A stretch of DNA of 62,351 bases, the filler included. It is 5 parts of 5 records of this genome, joined end to end, with 100 filler letters (N's around TTAATTAATTAA, not from the genome) between each part and the next. Parts side by side here need not be neighbours in the genome. Positions count along the whole stretch, not along the records: positions 30,016 to 54,173 come from SRR20825010_5486; 4 more parts are not named here. The stretch is one strand, 5' to 3'. Every line of letters begins with the position of its first letter. The stretch's first letter is position 1. Shown piece after piece: positions 38,969 through 49,942 of the stretch. Below the pieces are notes generated by a model, which saw only the letters and a list, made by a program, of their open reading frames with translations, was not told where the DNA came from and did no database searches. A program made the position numbers and the translations under genes.

Positions 38969-40141
38969 TCAATTTAAGAATTCATAAATCCCCGCAACGC
39001 CCTGACCTCCTCCGACGCAAGCCGTAACCATACCATACTTATTCTTTCTCCTTCTCATTTCGTTAAAAAGGGAAATACTCAATTTGGCTCCAGTACAACC
39101 CAATGGGTGTCCGAGTGCAATGGCTCCTCCATTTACGTTCAAAATGTCCGTGTTTAGATCAAGGCCTCTGATTACGGCTAGAGATTGAGCAGCAAAAGCC
39201 TCGTTCAGTTCGATGAGATCGATATCGCTTTGCTTTAATCCGGCTTGTTTCAACGCTTTCGGAACTGCTTCTACTGGGCCGATACCCATTATTCTTGGAT
39301 TCACGCCGGCAGCAGCGTAGCTAACCATTCTAGCGATTGGCTCCAACTTGTGCTCCTTCACCATTTTTTCGGACATCACCATAACAAACGCAGCTCCATC
39401 AGAAGTTGGTGAGGAATTTCCTGCTGTAACTTGACCGCCTTGCTTGAAGGCTGGCCTCAAACCAGACAAAGACTCCATGTTTGTATCCGCCCGAACGCAT
39501 TCATCCGTGTCGACGGTGAATGCTCGTTTCTGCCTTTTATCTCCGTTCATAAAGATTTCCTCAACTTCCACTGGTACTATTTCGTCTTTAAATTTTCCAT
39601 CAGCAATCGCCTTAGCAGCTTTTTGATGCGATTTCACAGCAAACTCGTTGGCGTCATCCTGCGAAATATTAAAGTCAATCGCCACTTCTTCTGCTGTGAG
39701 GCCCATGCTTAAATAATACTCTGGATTGTTTTCTGCGATTTTAAAGTTTAATGCCGTCTTGTAACCAAGCATCGGCACCAATGACATGGACTCTGTTCCT
39801 CCCGCGATGATACAATCGGCTGTGCCCGAATGAACTCTCGCACACGCCAGGTGGATGGCCTCCAAGCCCGACCCACAATATCGGTTTATAATCATTCCTG
39901 GAACACCTATTGGTAGTGAAAGAAGAGAGATCATTCTTCCCATTTGCATCCCTTGCTCTGCTTCAGGAATAGCGTTTCCAACAATCAAATCGTCTACTCT
40001 GGTCGCGTCAAAATCATTTACTGATTTGACTAAATGTTTAATTACGTCAGCAGCAAGGTCATCGGGTCTGTAAAACCGGAAACCTCCTTTTTTGGCTCTG
40101 CCTACTGCTGATCTATATCCTGCGACTATATATGCATTCAT
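38969..40141 (-). CDS. fadA: Acetyl-CoA C-acyltransferase (3-ketoacyl-CoA thiolase)
   Basis: [32 protein letters not shown]. Confidence 0.95.
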   Translation of the reverse strand: MNAYIVAGYRSAVGRAKKGGFRFYRPDDLAADVIKHLVKSVNDFDATRVDDLIVGNAIPEAEQGMQMGRMISLLSLPIGVPGMIINRYCGSGLEAIHLACARVHSGTADCIIAGGTESMSLVPMLGYKTALNFKIAENNPEYYLSMGLTAEEVAIDFNISQDDANEFAVKSHQKAAKAIADGKFKDEIVPVEVEEIFMNGDKRQKRAFTVDTDECVRADTNMESLSGLRPAFKQGGQVTAGNSSPTSDGAAFVMVMSEKMVKEHKLEPIARMVSYAAAGVNPRIMGIGPVEAVPKALKQAGLKQSDIDLIELNEAFAAQSLAVIRGLDLNTDILNVNGGAIALGHPLGCTGAKLSISLFNEMRRRKNKYGMVTACVGGGQGVAGIYEFLN

Positions 40142-40179
40142 TTTGTTCGTGTTTAAGTTTAAAGATTTTGATTCGTTGC

Positions 40180-42582
40180 TTAATTTCTCAGCGGCTTGCC
40201 TTGAAACAAAATACTTTGAATTCGTTCCAGTGTTTTCTGTTCACCACAAAGACTTAAAAAAGCTTCCCTTTCCAAATCAAGAAGATACTGTTCTGAAACA
40301 AATGCCGGGGCAGAAAGATCCCCTCCGTTCATAACCCAGGATAATTTCTTCGCAATTTTTGCATCATGCTCAGAGATATACGCACCGTATTTCATTCCTG
40401 TAATTCCTGCTTCGAACATGGCCATTCCAGATCTGCCTTGGACTTTGATGTCCTTTCTCATTATCGGTTGCGTATATCCAGCCCGAACGATTTCCAATAC
40501 TCTTTGCTTGGCATCCGCCAAATGTCGGCTCCTGTTAAGTGAAATTCGATCTGAAACCCTCAGAATATCCATTCCCCGTGCTTCCTCTGCGGAAGTGGCT
40601 ACTTTGGCTGTTGCAATATTCATGAAGTATTCCTGGAGGGTGTTCAATTCTGGATCGGTAGAAGTGCGGTAATTATCCGACGCACGCATCGTTAGCTCTT
40701 TCGTACCACCTCCACCTGGGATCAGACCAACACCTACTTCAACTAAACCAATGTATGTTTCAGCGTGTGCCTGGATAGCATCACAATGCAAAGACAATTC
40801 ACAACCACCACCCAATGCCAAACCTGCCGGGGCAGCAACCACAGGGATGGATGAAAAACGAGCACGAATCATTGTTTGCTGAAACTGTCGAATCATCATG
40901 TCTATTTCGTCGTATTCCTGATCTACAGCAAACATGAAAAGCATAGCGAGGTTTGCTCCGGCTGAGAAATTTGCCGATTCATTCCCAATTACCAAACCAT
41001 CAAAGTCTCGTTCTGCCAGCTTAATTGCTGTATTAATGCCTTCTATAACTTCTGCTCCTATAGAATTCATTTTGGTGTGAAACTCAAGATTGAGTACTCC
41101 GTCCCCAATGTCATAAACTGTAGCTCCATCATTGGACCAAACGACATTCTTTTCTTTGAAAGCATCGAGGTAAATAAAGCCTTCCGTTCCCGGGATTACT
41201 TTGTAGGATTTTGATGGGATATCATAATAGTGTTTTTTGCCATTTTTGTATAGATAAAAATGATCATGGCCAGCAGCAACCATTTCCTCTACCCAACTTG
41301 CCGGTGCAAGTCCCATGGTTTTCATTTTATCCATACACGACTTAACACCCATGGCATCCCACGTAGCGAAAGGCCCCATTTCCCAGCCAAAACCTGCAGC
41401 CACTGCCTGATCAATACGATAAAGTTCATCTGCTATTTCCGGAATTCGGAACGTGCAGTATTTGAACAGGTCGAAGAAACTCTGACGATAAAAATCTCCT
41501 TCTCGGCCCTCAGCAGAAATGACGAGTTGGAATCGTTTTTTCAGATCCTCTTCATTCTTTGTTTTATCCAGAATGTCGAGTTTAACCTTTCCTTTTGGCT
41601 CATATTCAAAAGTCTTGAGGTTTAATTCCAGAATCTCTTTTTTACCACCGTCAACAACTTTTTTGTAATAGCCTTGTTTTGTTTTATCGCCCCACCATTT
41701 TCGGTCGTAGAGTTCCTGAATGATTTTTGGAAGTTTGAAAGTATCTCTTGATTCATCTTTCGGAAGGCCGTGGTATAAACCTTGAGCAACCTTTACGGCT
41801 GTATCCAACCCAACCACATCCAAGGTTCGGAATGTCGCTGATTTTTGCCTTCCTATTACCGGACCGGTCAGTTTGTCCACTTCGTTGATCGTGAGACCCA
41901 TTTTTTCTATGGTGTGCATTCCTGACATGATCGCATAAATACCCACACGGTTCGCTACGAAAGCTGGAGTGTCCTTGCAGAGTACCGTTTCCTTACCCAG
42001 AAATAAATCTCCGTAATGAAGGAAAAAATCAATAACGTCCTGGCTGGTCTTCTGTGATGGGATCACTTCGAAAAGTTTCAAGTATCGCGGAGGGTTGAAA
42101 AAGTGCGTACCGCAGAAATGCTTCTGAAAATCCTCGCTTCGACCTTCAATCATAAAATTGATTGGAATTCCTGAAGTATTGGATGTGATCAGCGTACCGG
42201 GGGTGCGATGCGTCTCAACCTTTTCAAACAGTGATTTTTTTATTTCGAGGTTTTCTATGACGGCTTCTATCACCCAATCCATCTCCTTGATTCTTGAAAG
42301 ATCCTCATCAAAGTTTCCTGTTTTGATCAAAACCGCTTTAGAAACATCGTAGAGCGGGGATGGTTTCGATTTTATCGCTGCTTCAAGAGAGGAGTTTACA
42401 ATTCTATTCTTCACCATGGGCGCATCCACGCTCATGCCTTTGGCTTTTTCCACATCGGTAAGTTCCTTAGGGGCAATGTCAAGAAGTAATACCTCAAGTC
42501 CAATGTTTGCAAAGTGGCACGCAATCCGGGAACCCATTATTCCTGAGCCAAGTACGGCAACCTTTTTGATTTTTCTTTTCAT
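40180..42582 (-). CDS. fadN: 3-hydroxyacyl-CoA dehydrogenase / enoyl-CoA hydratase (FadN type)
   Basis: GSGIMG, SNTSG, HFFNPP, GPF; C-terminal crotonase domain AGANL, GGGCE, EVGVGLIPGGGG. Confidence 0.93.
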   Translation of the reverse strand: MKRKIKKVAVLGSGIMGSRIACHFANIGLEVLLLDIAPKELTDVEKAKGMSVDAPMVKNRIVNSSLEAAIKSKPSPLYDVSKAVLIKTGNFDEDLSRIKEMDWVIEAVIENLEIKKSLFEKVETHRTPGTLITSNTSGIPINFMIEGRSEDFQKHFCGTHFFNPPRYLKLFEVIPSQKTSQDVIDFFLHYGDLFLGKETVLCKDTPAFVANRVGIYAIMSGMHTIEKMGLTINEVDKLTGPVIGRQKSATFRTLDVVGLDTAVKVAQGLYHGLPKDESRDTFKLPKIIQELYDRKWWGDKTKQGYYKKVVDGGKKEILELNLKTFEYEPKGKVKLDILDKTKNEEDLKKRFQLVISAEGREGDFYRQSFFDLFKYCTFRIPEIADELYRIDQAVAAGFGWEMGPFATWDAMGVKSCMDKMKTMGLAPASWVEEMVAAGHDHFYLYKNGKKHYYDIPSKSYKVIPGTEGFIYLDAFKEKNVVWSNDGATVYDIGDGVLNLEFHTKMNSIGAEVIEGINTAIKLAERDFDGLVIGNESANFSAGANLAMLFMFAVDQEYDEIDMMIRQFQQTMIRARFSSIPVVAAPAGLALGGGCELSLHCDAIQAHAETYIGLVEVGVGLIPGGGGTKELTMRASDNYRTSTDPELNTLQEYFMNIATAKVATSAEEARGMDILRVSDRISLNRSRHLADAKQRVLEIVRAGYTQPIMRKDIKVQGRSGMAMFEAGITGMKYGAYISEHDAKIAKKLSWVMNGGDLSAPAFVSEQYLLDLEREAFLSLCGEQKTLERIQSILFQGKPLRN

Positions 42583-42640
42583 GTGAGTATTGTTCATTCT
42601 GGGGTTAAATACAATAAGCAACCCTTAAAAGCGGTTCAGC

Positions 42641-43114
42641 TTACTTTGGAATTTCATATATAAAGTCTTGTGCTAATTTATTGAGCAAGCTTTTATCCTC
42701 TATCAGTTGAGTTACGGTCTGAGTTACTTCTAAAAACGCCTGGATTTTTTCATCCGACAGCATTTCTCTTAGCTTCAAATTGAATTCTTTTACCGCCTTC
42801 CGAGCAAACTCTCTTTTGGCTTTTCCTATATCAGTAAGAAAAATTCTGACCGAGCGTCCATCTGTTGGATCTTGCTCCCGATAAATCCAGTTTTTTTCCT
42901 CCATGCTTTTAAGCATCCGTGTCAAAGACCGGGCTTCCATTCCCATCATTGGGGCAATTTTAGTGGCTGGTGTGCCATTTTCGAAATCAATATTAAGGAG
43001 AACAAACCCTGTTGAGGCGGTGACATCAAAGTCCTGACCATACTGATTATACATCCTTGAGATGGCATGCCATGCCACTTTGATGTTGTAGTCGATGGTT
43101 TCTTCTTTCTTCAT
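42641..43114 (-). CDS. MarR-family transcriptional regulator
   Basis: SLTRMLKSMEEKNWIYR...DGRSVRIFLT..G winged helix. Confidence 0.93.
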   Translation of the reverse strand: MKKEETIDYNIKVAWHAISRMYNQYGQDFDVTASTGFVLLNIDFENGTPATKIAPMMGMEARSLTRMLKSMEEKNWIYREQDPTDGRSVRIFLTDIGKAKREFARKAVKEFNLKLREMLSDEKIQAFLEVTQTVTQLIEDKSLLNKLAQDFIYEIPK

Positions 43115-43133
43115 AATTAAGTTATGGTGACTT

Positions 43134-43174
43134 CAAAGATATATAAAGTTTGTTATGCATGCATACTATATTTG
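43134..43174. promoter_or_regulatory. Divergent Bacteroidota -7 promoters flanking a palindromic operator
   Basis: TATCTTTG on minus (43134-43141), TATATTTG on plus (43167-43174), TATGCATGCATA at 43154-43165. Confidence 0.75.
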
Positions 43175-43223
43175 TTTTTGATATGACTCTTCTATCAGCA
43201 AAAGCCTTTAATTTTATCCGTTC

Positions 43224-43787
43224 ATGAGTAGCCGCCTTTTCACAGAAATACCACAGGAGTTTCATTCTGCATCGACAGGTGAGCTGTTTGATCGGTGCAT
43301 CGAGTGTGACGCCTATTTACTTGATGGGCAGAAGGAGTACATGATTGAGAAGGCGATTAAAAACTATCCCGGGTTTAAAGCGCAGGATACGCTCTTCGAT
43401 TATGCCATCTGCATGGATTGCGCGTATCGCATTCATTCAAAACTATCGAAGGAATCACTTGGAAGCATTCAGCGCTATTTTGCTAATAATATCAATTTTG
43501 AAAAACGAGCAGCGGATCTCGATTCGGATTCTTTTACTCAAAATTGTTTAATTAAAGGTGTTTCCAAAGAAGACACCCGTGAATTCCAGTTGTATGCGCA
43601 CTGTAAAGGAGATCGGCTTTTTTTGGGAAATCCTCCGTATATGATCAGTGGTGAGGTGATGGAAGAAGTGATGCAGATTCTATCCAAAGAAACCAAAGAC
43701 GAGCTTGGTGGATTTTTTGAAAAACACTTCAGTCCTGATCCGGATTTGTTTCAAACTGATCCTACAAGAAAGATAATTTTGATTTGA
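43224..43787 (+). CDS. Hypothetical Cys-rich, probable Zn-binding protein
   Basis: CIEC and CMDC pairs plus two further Cys. Confidence 0.75.
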   Translation: MSSRLFTEIPQEFHSASTGELFDRCIECDAYLLDGQKEYMIEKAIKNYPGFKAQDTLFDYAICMDCAYRIHSKLSKESLGSIQRYFANNINFEKRAADLDSDSFTQNCLIKGVSKEDTREFQLYAHCKGDRLFLGNPPYMISGEVMEEVMQILSKETKDELGGFFEKHFSPDPDLFQTDPTRKIILI

Positions 43788-43815
43788 AAAAAGGTGGGCC
43801 TTTCGACCCACCTTT
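43788..43815. terminator. Terminator between convergent genes
   Basis: AAAAAGGTGGG-loop-CCCACCTTT. Confidence 0.75.
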
Positions 43816-43822
43816 GGTTTGT

Positions 43823-46168
43823 TTAAAACTTCAAACTATAAACGATATTGGGCAATATCGGTAGCTGAGGAGATTTCTCAATTTCTCCGGTTGCCTCAAT
43901 AAAATATTCGTTAACAGTCCCCTGATTATTGGTGATGTTATTGATGTCTATCTTGAATTCACTGGTACGGTTCTTTTTGTTTCGGCGGGTTCCTATGGCA
44001 AAGTTGACGAAGAAGATATCGTCTCCTTTGGCAGAATAGGGTTCACTATCGTTCCTAACTTCCGTTCCCAGTCGTCTTGATTCTTCTAAATCAATTGGAG
44101 TATATCTGGATCCTCCCAGCAACGCCGTTTTCGTGTTGAAAAACATCACTCGGTTCTTCTCCGCCTTTCCAATATTGAATTCTTTTCCTAAGAGAAAATT
44201 GAAGACGTAATTTCCATCAAAAGCAGTTTTTCGCTCCACGCCATCCTGAGCGGTGTAAAGGGATTCATAGAGAGAAAGTGTGGACATGTAATAGAATCCT
44301 TGATTGAAGAATCTTTCCAGGGTAAATTCTGCTCCGTAGTTTCGCGCCGTTCCACGGTTAACCATCGGGATGTTGACAAAATCATAGGACTCATTAAGTA
44401 GCGAAAACATATTGTTCTCACCTGTCCCAACCGGAACATCGTAAAGATGTTGGTAGTAGGTTTCAATCTTCAGATGCGTTTGCGGATTGATCATATGATC
44501 GTATCCCAAAACAAAATGTGCGGCACGTGTTGGTTCAAGTTGTTGGTTTGGCATAGTCGTTACTCCATTTTCATCAGTGGTTTTGGCCTGATAGATCGAC
44601 ATACTTTCTAATCGGCTATGCAAGCTCGCACCAATAGTAAATGCCTGCTTGGGATTCATCTCCCAGCGCAGACCAAGGCGTGGTTCAACAGAATTGCTAT
44701 GATTCAAGTTCGAATACAGGTAATGAAACCCACTGGTCATCGTCCACTTTTCGGACATTCTGTATTTCCAGGTGGTGAAAGCCTGAAGACTCGCCGCACT
44801 GCCTTCATCCTCAAGGATTCGTTCCATCGTTTTTGTTTCGAAATCCAATGAATTGGCCACTGCATCGTAGGTATAATGGGAGAAAATAAAACCCGTTTCC
44901 ACTTTGTGCTTCGCATTGAATTTATAGTTGAACGTACTACCAACCCTCATCGTGGTTTTATCAATGTTTGAGTTGTAATAGTTGAAGTATTCGTCCGTGC
45001 CTTCCGGTAAGTCGGATGAATCATCGTAATGCGTTCCGGAAAAGGAAAGCATGTTTTTAACAAAAGCCTGATTGTTTATGAAATAGGTATGGTTCACACC
45101 AATCACACCGAGATCCGCGTTTTGAGTTCCCCGGTATAAGCGTATCCCTTCTTCATTTTCATCTTCCACATTGATGCCACTCAAACCGCCTAATCCAAAA
45201 ACGGAGATGATGTTGTTTTTATTAAGGGGAAGCTCTACTTTGAAAGAAGCATCCTGATACTTGGGAATACCTCCGAAATCTAAAATTCCGGCATCCGAAA
45301 GTAGCTGTAAAGATGAATAGCGATAGTTGGCAATATAGGATCCATTATAGCCATTGGCGAAGGGGCCTTCCGCTGTAAAGTCAATTCCAAATATGCTTGC
45401 AGACGTGGTGTACTCGCGCTGCTCATTATTTCCTTTTTTGAATTTCATATCAAAAACTCCGGCTGTGGCGTTTCCATATTCCGGGGCGAAAGCGCCGGTG
45501 TAAAAATCGGAATTGCTAAGCATGCTGCTGTTCAAAGAATTGACCGGACCTCCGGTCGAACCTTCGTTGGCAAAGTGATTGGGGTTGGGAATCTCCACGC
45601 CCTCCAGTTTCCAAAGCACGCCTTTGGATGAGTTTCCACGAACAACTATGTCGTTATTTCCTTCGGCATTTCCCGTAACTCCGGCAAATGAGGCCACCAT
45701 TCTTGATGGATCGCTAATCGAGCCGGCATATCGCTGGGTTTCTTCCACAGAAAAGCTTCTGGCACTTATCATGGCCATTTCGTTCAAAACCTCGGCTTTG
45801 TTCTTTTTGGCAATCACGACTATTTCGTCCAGTTTCTCAATCGATTCCTGAAGAGGAATGTTCAGAATAACCTCTTTTGCTGAGGTTACGAGCACGTTTG
45901 AAATCACTTTGTCTTCGTATCCGATGTAAGTAGCTACCAACGAAATCCTCCCGATCCTTATATTTTCAATTCGGAAGTTTCCGTTCAAATCTGTTATTGC
46001 CCCTACGATTGGGCTGGAGTCAATCACCCGAATGGTTGCTCCAATGAGTGGTGCCTGAGAGTCCTGGTCAATAATTGTTCCACGGATTGTTTGGGTCATT
46101 TCCTGTGCCTTCGAAACGAGGGCAGCAGAAAGAAAAACACAAAGGGCTGTTGCTTTTATGAAATTCAT
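43823..46168 (-). CDS. TonB-dependent receptor with N-terminal carboxypeptidase-regulatory-like domain
   Basis: Signal peptide, IRGTIID...LIGATI domain, plug (DPSR...VRGN...EGVEIPNPNHF...F.PEYGNA..GV), C-terminal Phe. Confidence 0.92.
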   Translation of the reverse strand: MNFIKATALCVFLSAALVSKAQEMTQTIRGTIIDQDSQAPLIGATIRVIDSSPIVGAITDLNGNFRIENIRIGRISLVATYIGYEDKVISNVLVTSAKEVILNIPLQESIEKLDEIVVIAKKNKAEVLNEMAMISARSFSVEETQRYAGSISDPSRMVASFAGVTGNAEGNNDIVVRGNSSKGVLWKLEGVEIPNPNHFANEGSTGGPVNSLNSSMLSNSDFYTGAFAPEYGNATAGVFDMKFKKGNNEQREYTTSASIFGIDFTAEGPFANGYNGSYIANYRYSSLQLLSDAGILDFGGIPKYQDASFKVELPLNKNNIISVFGLGGLSGINVEDENEEGIRLYRGTQNADLGVIGVNHTYFINNQAFVKNMLSFSGTHYDDSSDLPEGTDEYFNYYNSNIDKTTMRVGSTFNYKFNAKHKVETGFIFSHYTYDAVANSLDFETKTMERILEDEGSAASLQAFTTWKYRMSEKWTMTSGFHYLYSNLNHSNSVEPRLGLRWEMNPKQAFTIGASLHSRLESMSIYQAKTTDENGVTTMPNQQLEPTRAAHFVLGYDHMINPQTHLKIETYYQHLYDVPVGTGENNMFSLLNESYDFVNIPMVNRGTARNYGAEFTLERFFNQGFYYMSTLSLYESLYTAQDGVERKTAFDGNYVFNFLLGKEFNIGKAEKNRVMFFNTKTALLGGSRYTPIDLEESRRLGTEVRNDSEPYSAKGDDIFFVNFAIGTRRNKKNRTSEFKIDINNITNNQGTVNEYFIEATGEIEKSPQLPILPNIVYSLKF

Positions 46169-46197
46169 CTCTATTCTGTTTTGCTCTTCTTATTCAA

Positions 46198-47256
46198 TTA
46201 AAACCAGATACCGACGTGATAACCCAACCACATTCGGGTGTTTGTTCCGTTAGAAACCCGGTCGAAAAAATTGGTTTGACCAATGTTGTATCCATAGAAA
46301 CCAGAATCCGGGTTTTCCTTTTTGGTCACATACATATTAAGAACAGGACCGGCGTTGACCAAAAATCGCTTACCTAGTCGGTATCCTACGTTCACAGAAA
46401 GTTTGTTTAGCAGGTTGAGCTTATCTTCAAAGTCCCCTTCTGTTTCATAAATAGATGACCCAGTCAGCTCAATGGCGCCAAAAAGTTTTTCGTTTCTCAG
46501 GTTGAAGCGTGTTCCAAAACCAAGACCTGCTGTCCAAAGCGGTTCGGTTCGTGTTTGAATACCTGCTGTGAAAATTCCGTAGAGGGTGTTGCTTCCAGAA
46601 CGAAAAGACAAGTTGACGGCTGTGACGTCATTGCTGCTAATTTCAAATTGATGGATTCCGGTTTTAACAATACTTATCAAACCAAAACTCGCGCCGCTCT
46701 CAATGGTATCGGCGATGTTGATAATACCAAGTTGAAACCCATTAACTACTTTGGCATAGTTGACCACACCAGAAACCTGAGCTCCATTTAAATTTGTTGT
46801 TTGATTGACGACCCCTGCGAGTTGCAGTCCATTCGCCGTTTCGGTCGAGTTTGCTACCCCAGATATTTGTGCTCCATTTAGAACGGTACTTCGGTTTGCT
46901 ATTCCCGCCACTTGCACTCCTTCCAAAACTTTACTGTGATTTGCTATTCCTGCTGCCTGAACTCCGGTCATCTTTTCACCAACCAGATTCGCAATTCCGC
47001 CAAATTGCGCATATTCGGCATCCTTGCGCGTTATATTCACAATTCCGCCAAATTCAACGCCTTGCAAACCATAGTTGTAGCCTGCCAAGTAATTAAACGA
47101 GGTATGATAGATGATAGAATCTGAAACCTTTCCTGTGGAAAGGGGTGGCACGACCGAAACCTGAATAAGTTTCTTTTCAGTTTTCTGTGTCTTCTCCTGG
47201 GCACTAGCCGTAAAATAGGGTAGCGCGATGATTAGTAATACGATTAAATTTTTCAT
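46198..47256 (-). CDS. Outer-membrane protein with GxQxxGxxN (LA_2272-like) beta-solenoid repeats
   Basis: Signal peptide, about 9 repeats of 15-16 aa, beta-strand-rich C-terminus ending WLGYHVGIWF. Confidence 0.75.
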   Translation of the reverse strand: MKNLIVLLIIALPYFTASAQEKTQKTEKKLIQVSVVPPLSTGKVSDSIIYHTSFNYLAGYNYGLQGVEFGGIVNITRKDAEYAQFGGIANLVGEKMTGVQAAGIANHSKVLEGVQVAGIANRSTVLNGAQISGVANSTETANGLQLAGVVNQTTNLNGAQVSGVVNYAKVVNGFQLGIINIADTIESGASFGLISIVKTGIHQFEISSNDVTAVNLSFRSGSNTLYGIFTAGIQTRTEPLWTAGLGFGTRFNLRNEKLFGAIELTGSSIYETEGDFEDKLNLLNKLSVNVGYRLGKRFLVNAGPVLNMYVTKKENPDSGFYGYNIGQTNFFDRVSNGTNTRMWLGYHVGIWF

Positions 47257-47325
47257 TGTCAGTTTTTGTGTTTCATATACATGGAAACCAAAACTGCTTT
47301 TACCCCCACAGGGAATAGAAAAAAA

Positions 47326-48939
47326 TCAGAAACGCACTCCTAGACGATATCCAACCCAGGCTTTTTGTGTGGAATTCTGAGCAAAAGGCTTGAAGCCAAT
47401 CTCGTTGTAAAACTCATTGTTATGCGGTCGTCTATTTGAGAAGAGATAGTAGTGAACTACCGGTCCGGCGTTGATGGATAGATGTTCAAAAAGTTTGTAA
47501 CCAAAGGAAAAGCTAAGTCGATTGTCGATTGTCAGACCGCTGATATGTCTTTCCAATGGCTGAATTGTATTTGAAGTCGCTTCCAAGCCCATGTAAAATT
47601 TCTCGCCCGGCTCTAGCTGACTCCCGAAACCCATTCCGTATGACCAGAGCTGATTTGTTCCCTGAGGTGAGATGCCTGCTGTGAAGAGAGAGTAGAAGGC
47701 ATTCGTTCCGGATTTAATATAGATGTTGTAGTGAGTGAGGTCCGTATGATCCAATTCTATTCTGAAAAGTCCGTTTTCCAATGCGATGTTGAAAATACCG
47801 ATCATTACACCTTTGTCTACTTTTTTAGCAATATTGATCACACCGAGTTGGACACCACTGAGCTCACCTGCGTAATTGACCGATCCGGACACTTGCCATC
47901 CAGACATCAGGTGTTTGACGTAGTTGTAGGTTCCCGCTACCTGAACACCATGAAAGGCCCCACTGCTGTTCGTGACACCAGCAATCTGAGCTCCCGAACC
48001 ATAGGTGAAATTCGTATTGGAAACTCCGGCTATCTGCGCGCCGCTCATTCGTTCGCCAACGATATTGGAAACTCCGGCGACCTGAGTACCTTTCATATCT
48101 TTGCGATTCATGTTGAGGACACCTCCAATTTCCGCACCGTTCGTTCCGTAGGAATATCCGGCGATGATATTCAGCGAGGTTTTATTACTCACCTTTCCTC
48201 CCAAGAGTCCATTGGTTCCCAAAACCGGTAGAAAGGAAATCTGCGCGACTCGTTCTTCTTCAAGTGCTACGTTTCGTTCGTGCTGTTTGGCGTCACTGTT
48301 TTTTATAAATTTTGAAAAGCGCGCCTGAAGTTGTGATTGATCCTGTGCCACATCCAATTCGGATTCCGTTTTACGAATGGGTTCCAGAGACAATGAGATT
48401 GGTGTTTTTACATTTTGGGAAACTCTAATTAACGTGTCGCGGTAGTGTTCTTTGCTTATTGCCAACACCGTATATGGCTCGTAGGTAAATGTGGACAAAT
48501 GATACGACCCGTCCGGTTTGGACAAAGCAGCCGTAAGGTCGTTGACTTCATAAACCGAAACATTTCCAATTTTTTTGCCCGTTTTGGCATCTACAATTTG
48601 TCCACTAATCTCAACCGGTTTTTTCTGTAGCTCCTGTTTCGGGTGAGAATGTTGGATGATGAGATAAGATCCTCTGATTTTATATTCAAAACCTTTGCCC
48701 AGTAGTTCGTTCAGAATCAGACCCAAAGAAATTTCATTGTAGGTTTTCGTAATCGTGCCTTTTGGAATGGCATCCGGATTATAAGAAAATCGCCATTGAC
48801 TGACTGTTTGAAGTTCGATAAGGGATTCGGCTATTTCATTTTGAGAAAATGAAATAGAAATTTTTTCATCGAGCAACTCTTGAGAGAACGTGTGATGATA
48901 GACTAGAATGAAAACTGTAGTGATTATTGCGTATCGCAT
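47326..48939 (-). CDS. STN + carboxypeptidase-regulatory-like + GxQxxGxxN repeat outer-membrane protein
   Basis: STN-like ISISF...L..L...RFSY...L..IL..LL...Y.I.G.YLII; ISGQIVDAKTG domain; repeats; ends WVGYRLGVRF. Confidence 0.75.
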   Translation of the reverse strand: MRYAIITTVFILVYHHTFSQELLDEKISISFSQNEIAESLIELQTVSQWRFSYNPDAIPKGTITKTYNEISLGLILNELLGKGFEYKIRGSYLIIQHSHPKQELQKKPVEISGQIVDAKTGKKIGNVSVYEVNDLTAALSKPDGSYHLSTFTYEPYTVLAISKEHYRDTLIRVSQNVKTPISLSLEPIRKTESELDVAQDQSQLQARFSKFIKNSDAKQHERNVALEEERVAQISFLPVLGTNGLLGGKVSNKTSLNIIAGYSYGTNGAEIGGVLNMNRKDMKGTQVAGVSNIVGERMSGAQIAGVSNTNFTYGSGAQIAGVTNSSGAFHGVQVAGTYNYVKHLMSGWQVSGSVNYAGELSGVQLGVINIAKKVDKGVMIGIFNIALENGLFRIELDHTDLTHYNIYIKSGTNAFYSLFTAGISPQGTNQLWSYGMGFGSQLEPGEKFYMGLEATSNTIQPLERHISGLTIDNRLSFSFGYKLFEHLSINAGPVVHYYLFSNRRPHNNEFYNEIGFKPFAQNSTQKAWVGYRLGVRF

Positions 48940-49919
48940 CCCGCCCCATCCAAAATGATCATTTCATCATCCTTTCTTATTTCAAGTTTGAACGTAAGGG
49001 CGATGACTTCAAGAATGTTATCCAAAGAATCGTTTTCAAAGCGTGCGTTCAAACGACACTGCTCCATTTTTGAGTTCGCAAGCTTCATTTTTTGGCCATA
49101 GGCCTTTTCCAAAGATTGAAGCACATTAGGTAAAGATTCGCCTGCGTATGTCAACGTTCGGGTTCGCCAAAATTGATCGATTCCAGTGTTTTCCACTTCC
49201 TCTCTAAACATTTGTTGATTGAGGGTATACAAAACACCCTTTTGCTGAGCTGTCAGAATCAACTCCTGATCTTCATAGACGAATCTCACTTTGCCTGTTT
49301 GAACGGATACTACAACCGTATCGGCATTTTTGTTGGATTTGATATTAAAAGAAGTACCCAAAACGGTGACTTTTGCTTTTCCGATTTTTATTTCAAATGG
49401 TGAGTCGGGGTTATGGGCCACTTCAAAGAATGCTTCGCCGCTCAGATTGACCTGACGGTTTTTCTTTTCAAAACTTACAGGAAACTCTAAACTGCTATTT
49501 CGGTTTAGCGTAACTGCCGAACCATCAGAAAGATTTAGGCTTTGCGTGCCTTCTAACGTTGCAATCAATTGAAGTTTATCAGCAGAAACCTGATTTTTAA
49601 CAAACCAGGACAAGCCTAATACAAGAAGCACACTCGCCGCGATTTTCAAAAATATTTGGAACTGGTAAGGGATTCGTTGCTTTTTCTTATTGGAAACATT
49701 TTTCCAGGCTTCTTCCACATCAACCTTTAATAGCTCAGTTTCAGAAAATTGAATAGCACCAAGATCTTGCCACAGCATTTGATATTTACGAAACTGATCC
49801 TCGTTTTCCTGGGAATTCTTTCTCCATTGATCAACGGCAGAAATTTCGTCCGAAGAAAGCTCGCCGGCAAAGTAATTTGCCAGTGTGGTTTCGTCCATAT
49901 TTTCCAGATGTTGTTCCAT
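48924..49919 (-). CDS. FecR-family anti-sigma factor
   Basis: KIAASV TM, LSDGSAVTLN, LSGEAFFEV, VLGTSFN, V.TGKV, C-terminal L..VL..LE..Y domain. Confidence 0.93.
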   Translation of the reverse strand: MEQHLENMDETTLANYFAGELSSDEISAVDQWRKNSQENEDQFRKYQMLWQDLGAIQFSETELLKVDVEEAWKNVSNKKKQRIPYQFQIFLKIAASVLLVLGLSWFVKNQVSADKLQLIATLEGTQSLNLSDGSAVTLNRNSSLEFPVSFEKKNRQVNLSGEAFFEVAHNPDSPFEIKIGKAKVTVLGTSFNIKSNKNADTVVVSVQTGKVRFVYEDQELILTAQQKGVLYTLNQQMFREEVENTGIDQFWRTRTLTYAGESLPNVLQSLEKAYGQKMKLANSKMEQCRLNARFENDSLDNILEVIALTFKLEIRKDDEMIILDGAGCDTQ

Positions 49920-49942
49920 TCCTTTATTCTTCGACAACAAGA

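Noticed and set aside
46700-48200. Periodic DNA similarity in the two repeat genes as an array or DGR template
   Set aside because: Explained by protein-level GxQxxGxxN repeats; no reverse transcriptase and no adenine-specific variant pair seen.
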